Under the pieces are notes generated by a model. The model was not told the origin of the DNA and ran no database searches. It saw only the letters and a list, made by a program, of their open reading frames with translations. From Opitutus sp. GAS368 (lineage in GTDB: Bacteria > Verrucomicrobiota > Verrucomicrobiia > Opitutales > Opitutaceae): 30,504 nt of DNA. Made by a program: the position numbers and the translations under genes. Of the stretch, positions 8,917 through 15,751 are shown piece by piece; position 1 is the first letter of the stretch, and every line of letters begins with the position of its first letter. The DNA is taken from NCBI GenBank assembly GCA_945861645.1, contig CAMAVZ010000023.1, positions 1-30,504 of the forward strand. Reading direction: 5' to 3'.

Positions 8917-11016
8917 ATGCATACCACCCGCCGCCTCCTGCTCGCTATGCTCACCGCCGCCTCCCTCTCCGCTGCCCCCGCACCGACGCCCGCGCCCGTC
9001 GATGATCCCTACTATTGGCTCGAAGAGGTTGAAGGCGCCAAGCCGCTCGCTTGGGTCGAGGCCCAAAATAAAGTTTCCCTCGCCGAGCTGACCGCCGCCC
9101 CCGGTTACCCGGCCTTGTACGCTCGCCTTCTGGCGATCAACGACTCGCGCGCCCGCATTCCCAACGTCGTGAAACGCGGTGCGTTCTATTACAATTTCTG
9201 GCAAGATGCCGCCAACCCTCGCGGCCTCTGGCGCCGCACCACGCCCGCTGAATACCGCCAAGAAAATCCTGCGTGGGAAACGGTGCTCGATCTCGACGCC
9301 TTAGCTCGCACGGAAAAGGAAAACTGGATCTGGGGCTCCGCCATTCCGCTTTATCCCCAAAACGAACGCTACCTGATCCGACTCTCCCGCGGCGGCGGCG
9401 ATGCGGTGGTCGTCCGCGAGTTCGACCTGCCCTCAAAATCTTTTGTCACGGGGCAGCCGTTCACCTTACCCGAGGGGAAAAATAACGTCGCTTGGCTCGA
9501 CCGAGACACCCTCTTCGTCGGGACCAATACCGGTCCCGGTGCTCTCACGGATTCCGGCTATCCCCGCACCGTAAGACTCTGGCGGCGCGGCACGCCCATC
9601 GCCGACGCCCCGGAAGTTTTCGCCGGGGCAGCAACCGACGTCAGCGTGGTTGGCTACGCCTCTGATGAACCCGGTTATCACCGCGAGTTCGTGCGCCGTG
9701 CGATAACTTTTTACACCAGCGAAACGTTTATTCATCACGCGGGAAAACTCACAAAACTTGCGATTCCCCTCGACGCCCAGCCCGGCAGCTACCGCGACCA
9801 GTTCACGGTCGAACTGCGCACCGACTGGACCACCGGCGGCCGCACCTATCCCGCCGGCGCACTCCTCGCGATGAACTACGATCGCTTTCTCAAGGGCGAG
9901 CGCGACTTCGCCTTCCTCTTTACCCCCAGCCCGCGCACCGCTCTCGTTGGCATGAGCGACACCAAGAATCATCTCATCGTCAACGAACTCGATAACGTCC
10001 GCAACCGACTCTACACCCTGACCCTTCGCTCCGAGGGCCAGTGGGAACGCCAACCCCTCGCGGCCCCCCTGTTTGGCTCGGTGTCCGCCCGGGCCGTCGA
10101 CGCCGATGAGTCCGACGAATTTTTCCTCAGCGTGACCGATTTCCTCACCCCGTCCACGCTCGCCCTCGGCACCATTGGGCGCGACGAGCGCACTACGCTC
10201 AAGCAACTGCCCAGTTTCTTTAACCCAGCCGGCTTGGCCATTACCCAGCACGAAGCGATGTCGCGGGACGGTACGCGCGTCCCGTATTTCCAAGTCGCCC
10301 GGGAAAACCTCAAGCTCGATGGCCAGCACCCCACTCTCCTTTATGGCTACGGTGGTTTCGAGATTTCCGAGACGCCCAACTACAGTGGCGGCATCGGGGC
10401 GGCGTGGCTCGAGCAGGGCGGCGTCTACATCCTCGCCAACATTCGGGGCGGCGGCGAGTTTGGTCCCCGCTGGCACCAGGCCGCGCTGAAGGCCAATCGC
10501 CAACGCGCCTACGACGACTTTGCCGCCATCGCCGAAGATCTCATCGCCCGGAAAATCACCTCGCCCGCGCACCTCGGCATTATGGGCGGCAGCAACGGCG
10601 GCCTGCTCACGGGCGTCATGCTCACCCAGCGCCCCGAACTTTTTGGCGCCGTCGTCTGTCAGGTTCCTCTCCTCGACATGCAACGCTACCACCGGTTGCT
10701 CGCGGGCGCGAGTTGGATGGGCGAATATGGCAACCCCGATGTCCCCGCCGAATGGGACTACCTCAGCCGTTACTCGCCGTACCAGAATGCCGTCGCCGGG
10801 AAAAAATATCCACGCACGTTATTCATGACCTCCACCCGCGACGACCGCGTGCATCCCGGCCACGCTCGCAAGATGGCCGCGAAACTCACCGCCCAAGGCC
10901 ACGATCTGCTTTACTATGAAAACACTGAAGGTGGCCACGGTGGCGCCGCCAACAACGCCCAGCGCGCCCGCATGACCGCCCTCGCCTTCACCTTCCTCCA
11001 AAAACAACTCCGCTGA
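8917..11016 (+). CDS. Prolyl oligopeptidase family serine peptidase (S9A), secreted
   Basis: DDPYYWLEE, LLYGYGGF, NIRGGGEFG, catalytic GGSNGG, DDRVHPGH and EGGHG. Has a signal peptide. Confidence 0.95.
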   Translation: MHTTRRLLLAMLTAASLSAAPAPTPAPVDDPYYWLEEVEGAKPLAWVEAQNKVSLAELTAAPGYPALYARLLAINDSRARIPNVVKRGAFYYNFWQDAANPRGLWRRTTPAEYRQENPAWETVLDLDALARTEKENWIWGSAIPLYPQNERYLIRLSRGGGDAVVVREFDLPSKSFVTGQPFTLPEGKNNVAWLDRDTLFVGTNTGPGALTDSGYPRTVRLWRRGTPIADAPEVFAGAATDVSVVGYASDEPGYHREFVRRAITFYTSETFIHHAGKLTKLAIPLDAQPGSYRDQFTVELRTDWTTGGRTYPAGALLAMNYDRFLKGERDFAFLFTPSPRTALVGMSDTKNHLIVNELDNVRNRLYTLTLRSEGQWERQPLAAPLFGSVSARAVDADESDEFFLSVTDFLTPSTLALGTIGRDERTTLKQLPSFFNPAGLAITQHEAMSRDGTRVPYFQVARENLKLDGQHPTLLYGYGGFEISETPNYSGGIGAAWLEQGGVYILANIRGGGEFGPRWHQAALKANRQRAYDDFAAIAEDLIARKITSPAHLGIMGGSNGGLLTGVMLTQRPELFGAVVCQVPLLDMQRYHRLLAGASWMGEYGNPDVPAEWDYLSRYSPYQNAVAGKKYPRTLFMTSTRDDRVHPGHARKMAAKLTAQGHDLLYYENTEGGHGGAANNAQRARMTALAFTFLQKQLR

Positions 11017-11033
11017 AGCCTGCGGCGCATACT

Positions 11034-11555
11034 TAGTTTTAAGGTTTAAGTTCTAAGTTTTAAGCTCGGATTTCCTTTCGCGTCGTTTCGCGTATTTCGC
11101 GGGCCAAAATGCCTGGGTCGATCCGGATCTTCGTTTTCAGATTTTCTACTTTTCCCAGTTTCATCTTTTCCGTTCCTACCTTGGCCGACCCCGAAACCAA
11201 TTTAACCACGGATTTCACGGATCCGATCTGGATTAAAGACAGAAGACCCCTGCCTCAGATCCATCCTGATCCCATCCTGTCCCCATCCGTGGTAAAAAAT
11301 GCCTGCGTCGATCCGGGTCTCAGTTTCCCGATTTCTACTTTCCTAGATTTCATCTTTTCCGCCCCCCTTCGCGTCACTTCGCGTCCTTCGCGGTTAAAAA
11401 TGTCTTGGTCGATCCGGATCTTCGTTTCTCCAGTTTCTACTTTCCAAAGTTTCATCTTTTCCGCCCCTGCCTTGTTCGATTTTTGTGTTTCTCGTGTTTT
11501 TCGTGGCTGTGCCTCGTTCGTTTTGCGCCTTATGCGCTTTTTGTGGCGGCCTTAA
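11034..11555 (+). repeat. Mosaic modular repeat array 1 (module order T-B-C-D-C-B-C-E-E)
   Basis: T heptamers 11034-11070. B (ttcgcg x3) at 11076 and 11368. C (gatccggatc plus pyrimidine tract) at 11117, 11307 and 11408. D hairpin 11194-11300. E at 11480 and 11521. All modules recur in other arrays. Confidence 0.9.
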
Positions 11556-11686
11556 GGCTTGAGGCTAGAGGCGGCACCGCCCCACTCAATTTTGTCTTTT
11601 TTATCGCTGTCCATCCATGAAATGCTTCTACCTTAGATCTTAAATCAGCTTCCGACCCAAGCCCATTCATCTGCCGATCCGTTGCT

Positions 11687-12205
11687 ATGCCGAAAAGAAT
11701 CATTAAACGCTGGATGCCCGATCGCGATACCCTAAAGAAACACAGGTATTTAAGGCTATTCGGAGACAGACTACTTGACCCTAATCTGTGGCATTTGAAT
11801 CGCCGCTCGGCTGCCGGATCCTTCGCCGTCGGGCTCTTTGCGGCCTGGATTCCAGTTCCCTTGCAATCGTTGCTCGCCGCCGCTGGAGCCATCGTCTGCC
11901 GAGTCAACTTGCCGATCTCGGTAGCTCTGGTGTGGGTCTCCAATCCCCTGACCATGCCGCTCATGTTTTATAGTGCCTATAAGATGGGTTGCATGCTGTT
12001 GAGACAACCCGTCCAACCGCTGGAATTCGAATTTACTTGGCACTGGTTAAAATCAGTTTTGGGAACAGTGGCAACTCCGCTGCTACTAGGCACTCTGGTG
12101 ATGGCCATCCTCAGTTCACTCTTCGGCTATATCCTTATTCGGGTTATCTGGGAGATCAACGCAGCGCGCAAATGGCAAAAGCGAAAGCAAACCATTAATA
12201 ATTAA
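11687..12205 (+). CDS. DUF2062 domain membrane protein
   Basis: LWHLNRRSAAGSFAVGLFAAWIPVPLQ and WVSNPLTMP are typical of DUF2062. Visibly more AT-rich than neighbouring genes. Confidence 0.88.
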   Translation: MPKRIIKRWMPDRDTLKKHRYLRLFGDRLLDPNLWHLNRRSAAGSFAVGLFAAWIPVPLQSLLAAAGAIVCRVNLPISVALVWVSNPLTMPLMFYSAYKMGCMLLRQPVQPLEFEFTWHWLKSVLGTVATPLLLGTLVMAILSSLFGYILIRVIWEINAARKWQKRKQTINN

Positions 12206-12476
12206 TCGCTGGTTTCCTCGTTGCTAAATAAAATCCGCTACCGGCGCCTCGGCAATGCTTGCTCCGGTTTAGCATGCGCCGGCGCCCGTGAGCCTGGTGG
12301 CCCGATGACAGCTGAGCCCTCCGCAGCGCGCCCCTGCCCCTGCCGGTATTTCTAGGCCGCCCGCACCGGTTAGCTCAGGCAGCCCGAGACGCCGGCGCGG
12401 TCCACCTGCCCTCAGGCCCGCATTGGCTTGAGTCCGATTTTATCGCCGTCCAGTTTTTACTAAAAATAGACTAACT

Positions 12477-14084
12477 ATGCTTAATCGTTATGCTCCCCTC
12501 TTAGTCACCCTCTTCGCCACGCTGCTCCTGGCCGCTTGCAGTAAAAAATCCTCTTCGGCGGTTGACGGCACGAAGACCCTCCATCTTGGCAATGGCACCG
12601 AAGTGCAGGATCTGGATCCGCAAGTCGTCACCGGTGTCCCCGAGAACAAAGTCATTAACGCGATCTTTGAGGGGCTCGTCATTGAAGGCCCCACCGGCAC
12701 CGACACCGCCCCAGCGGTGGCCGAACGCTGGGAAACTTCGGCTGACGGCCTCCAGTGGACGTTTTACCTGCGCGCCGAGGCCCGCTGGTCCAATGGTGAT
12801 CCCGTCACGGCGCATGATTTTCTGCGCTCTTATCAACGCATCCTCACGCCCAGCCTTGCCGCCGAATACGCTTACAAGCTTCACCACGTGGTTGGGGCGG
12901 AGGATTACAACACTGGGAAGCTGATCGATTTTTCTCAAGTTGGCTTTAAGGCCCTCGATGATCGCACCCTGCTAATCACCCTGCGCCACCGCATGCCGTT
13001 CCTGCTGGAGGCGCTAAAGCACTACTCGTGGTTTCCGGTTCACCTCCCCACGGTCGAAAAGTTTGCTGGCCTCACCCGCAAGGGCTCCCGTTGGACCCGC
13101 ACCGAGAACATGGTGGGCAATGGGGCTTTCGTTCTCGGCAACTGGCAGCCCAACCAAAAAATTATCGTCACCCGCTCCCCAACTTATTGGGACCGCGCCA
13201 ACGTCAAACTCGACGCAATCCACTATTATCCCATCGAAAGCATGGAAACTGAGGAGCGAATGTTCCGCACTGGTCAGCTGCATAAAACCAACGAGCTGCC
13301 CATCGCCAAGATCGACACCTACAAGCGCACCTACCCGACAAGCTACCGGCAGGATATCTACTACGGCACCTACTTTTACCGCCTCAATGTCACGCGGCCG
13401 CCGCTCAATGACGTCCGCGTGCGCCGCGCCCTCGCCCTCGCGATTGACCGCGAGCTGCTGGTCGCGCAGGTCACCCGCGGCGGCCAAGCCCCCGCGTACC
13501 ACTTTATTCCAGCGACGGAAGAATTCACCCCGCAGGCCCGACTTCGAGGCGATCTTACCGAGGCCCGCCGCCTGCTCGCCGCGGCCGGCTATCCCGAGGG
13601 CCGAGGCTTTCCGAAGATTGAATTACTCTACAACACCTCCGAGAACCACCGGGTCATTGCCGAGGCCATCCAGCAAATGTGGCGCCGCCATCTCGGCGTG
13701 AATATCGGCCTGCGCAACGAGGAGTGGAAAGTGTATCTCGATTCGCAAGATGCGCTGAACTTCGACCTCTGCCGCGCCGGCTGGATCGCGGACTATACCG
13801 ATCCCAACACCTTCGCCGATCTGTGGGTCACCGGCGGTGGCAACAATGACACCGGGTTCTCCAACGCCGACTATGACCGATTGCTGCGCGCTTCGATGGA
13901 TGCCCAGACTGACGAGCAGCGTTTCGCCATCTATCAGCAGTTGGAGAAAATCCTAGTCGATGAAATGCCCGTCATTCCCATTTATTTCTACACGCGCGTG
14001 TATGCGATCAGCCCCAAGGTGCGGCACTGGGTAAAAAATTCCCTCGACAACCGCGCTTGGAAATTCATCGATCTCGCCGAGTGA
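12477..14084 (+). CDS. oppA: Peptide ABC transporter substrate-binding lipoprotein (OppA family)
   Basis: Lipobox LLLAAC. Motifs DLDPQ, WTFYLRAEARWSNGDPVTAHDF, VGNGAF and RAGWIADYTDP. Confidence 0.92.
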   Translation: MLNRYAPLLVTLFATLLLAACSKKSSSAVDGTKTLHLGNGTEVQDLDPQVVTGVPENKVINAIFEGLVIEGPTGTDTAPAVAERWETSADGLQWTFYLRAEARWSNGDPVTAHDFLRSYQRILTPSLAAEYAYKLHHVVGAEDYNTGKLIDFSQVGFKALDDRTLLITLRHRMPFLLEALKHYSWFPVHLPTVEKFAGLTRKGSRWTRTENMVGNGAFVLGNWQPNQKIIVTRSPTYWDRANVKLDAIHYYPIESMETEERMFRTGQLHKTNELPIAKIDTYKRTYPTSYRQDIYYGTYFYRLNVTRPPLNDVRVRRALALAIDRELLVAQVTRGGQAPAYHFIPATEEFTPQARLRGDLTEARRLLAAAGYPEGRGFPKIELLYNTSENHRVIAEAIQQMWRRHLGVNIGLRNEEWKVYLDSQDALNFDLCRAGWIADYTDPNTFADLWVTGGGNNDTGFSNADYDRLLRASMDAQTDEQRFAIYQQLEKILVDEMPVIPIYFYTRVYAISPKVRHWVKNSLDNRAWKFIDLAE

Positions 14085-14368
14085 GATCCGCCCGTGCGTC
14101 GCGGCCCACAAGCGGTGACAGGCCGAGGGCAGAAGCTGTGATTCCAGCCGCTTGGCCGGCCAGCATTGGCGCACGCACGGCGCGCCGAGGCCAGCGCCAG
14201 ACCACGGGGGACCTACTTGAGCGATTGACCAACGCTTAGCGTTCGCTCACCCCGGCGAGTTAGCCATCGGCTCTGGCACCCGGATTTCTTCTCCCCAGAC
14301 TAAGCCAGTTTTCTCTTAATGAAAACTGCCGGAGCGAGTTTACTGAAATAAATTATTTAATTTTAAAT

Positions 14369-14395
14369 TGAGGCGTAAGCCTCATGCCTTTTTTT
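14369..14395 (+). terminator. Terminator-like hairpin (tgaggc-gtaa-gcctca followed by T7) upstream of the TerC-family gene
   Basis: Perfect 6-bp stem with a GNRA loop and a T-run 4 nt downstream, about 40 nt before the ATG at 14435. Confidence 0.45.
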
Positions 14396-14434
14396 AATTG
14401 AAAGTGTTGAGAAATTCTTAACAAAGTTAAAACT

Positions 14435-15133
14435 ATGGAATTTTTTACCATGATCGACTGGTCTGTGGTGGTTCAAATCATCCTCATCGATCTCCTTTTG
14501 GGTGGTGATAACGCTGTCGTAATCGCCCTAGCCTGCCGTAATTTAAATCCCAAGCAAAGAGCAAAGGGCATTATCTGGGGCACGGCCGGAGCGATCATTT
14601 TGCGGGTCATCTTGGTCGCTTTCGCCGTCACCCTTTTACAAATTCCCTTTCTCAAGTTAGTCGGTGGGGCCCTCCTGTTGTGGATCGGTTATAAATTGAC
14701 GGTGCAGGACCAGCAGGCAGAGCACAAGCTCAACGCTCCCGACAGACTGCTCGCGGCCATTAAAACGATCATTGTGGCCGATATAGTCATGAGTTTGGAT
14801 AACGTCCTAGCCATCGCTGGGGCCGCCGGTCAGGTAAATAATTCAGCTCACCAGGTAAGCTATGTGATCTTCGGCCTACTCGTTTCGGTGCCGATTATCG
14901 TCGCTGGTAGCAGGATCGTCCTTTATTTCATCGATCGTTTCCCCCTCATCGTGACGGCGGGGGCAGGTCTCTTGGGTTGGATTGCCGGTGGCATGATCAT
15001 GACCGATCCTGCACTCCTTAAGCAATTTGGTGAAAGTTTAGCCAATTACGAAACGATCGCTGGACTTGCTGGTGCAATTGGGGTCATGGCGGTCGGTGAA
15101 TTAGTGAAGCGGCAGCGGCGAGCGCGGCGCTAG
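14435..15133 (+). CDS. TerC-family (YjbE-type) integral membrane protein
   Basis: IILIDLLLGGDNAVVIALAC and IIVADIVMSLDNVLAIAGAA are TerC repeat motifs. More AT-rich codon usage than neighbours. Confidence 0.92.
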   Translation: MEFFTMIDWSVVVQIILIDLLLGGDNAVVIALACRNLNPKQRAKGIIWGTAGAIILRVILVAFAVTLLQIPFLKLVGGALLLWIGYKLTVQDQQAEHKLNAPDRLLAAIKTIIVADIVMSLDNVLAIAGAAGQVNNSAHQVSYVIFGLLVSVPIIVAGSRIVLYFIDRFPLIVTAGAGLLGWIAGGMIMTDPALLKQFGESLANYETIAGLAGAIGVMAVGELVKRQRRARR

Positions 15134-15751
15134 TTTAAGTTTTAAGTTTAAGCTTAAGATCGAGCCGGGCTGCTGATTCGAACCGGCCACAAAAGGCGAA
15201 ACAGAGACGGCACCGAGGTGAAAGGTCAGAGGTGAGAGGCCATAGGCCAGAGGCTATAGGGCCGATCCGGAACTCAGTTTCTAGATTTCTCACTTTCAAA
15301 AGTTTCATCTTTTCCGCCCCCCTTCGCGTCACTTCGCGCCCTTCGCGGTTAAAAACGTCTTGTTCGATCCGGATCTTAGTTTCTCCAGTTTCTACTTTCC
15401 CCAGTTTCATCTTTTCCGCCCCTTTCGCGTCGTTTAGCGCCCTTCGCGGTTAAAAATGTATTGGTACTTCCCAAACTAATTTAACCACGGATTTCGCGGA
15501 TCCAATGTGGATTAAATCCAAAAGAACTATGCCTCAGATCCATCCTGATCCCATCCTGTCCCCATCCGTGGTCAAAAATGCCTTGGGTCGATTCATATCT
15601 TCGTTTCCCAATTTTCTACTTTCTAAAATTTCATCTTTTCCTCCCCTGCCTTGTTCGATTCTGCGCCTTCTGTGCTTTTTGTGGCTGGTTCAAAATCCGC
15701 GGCTCGATCCGATCCGAACTTAAAACTTAAACCTTAAAACTTAAACCTTAA
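15122..15751 (+). repeat. Mosaic modular repeat array 2 (T-partial G-F-C-B-C-B-D-C-E-inverted T) with long imperfect terminal inverted repeats
   Basis: F heptamers 15216-15257. C at 15261, 15363 and 15587. B at 15323 and 15423. D 15473-15579. E about 15659. The ends 15122-15198 and 15674-15751 are imperfect inverted copies. Confidence 0.9.

Noticed and set aside
9466-10692. Long antisense or alternative-frame ORFs (also 17214-18455, 22733-23812, 6114-7046)
   Set aside because: Shadow ORFs of well-supported genes in GC-rich DNA with no recognisable motifs.
11034-11555. CRISPR array interpretation of the repeats
   Set aside because: Repeat units are degenerate, intervening segments are themselves repeated rather than unique spacers, spacing is irregular, and no cas genes are present.
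11109-11620. ORFs inside the arrays (also 15135-15723, 19780-20397, 28655-29166, 30178-30441)
   Set aside because: Translations are low-complexity read-outs of the repeats, and the reading frame is not preserved between copies.
14085-14434. yybP-ykoY riboswitch upstream of the TerC gene
   Set aside because: Expected from the gene family, but the conserved core could not be identified by eye. Not called without a covariance-model search.
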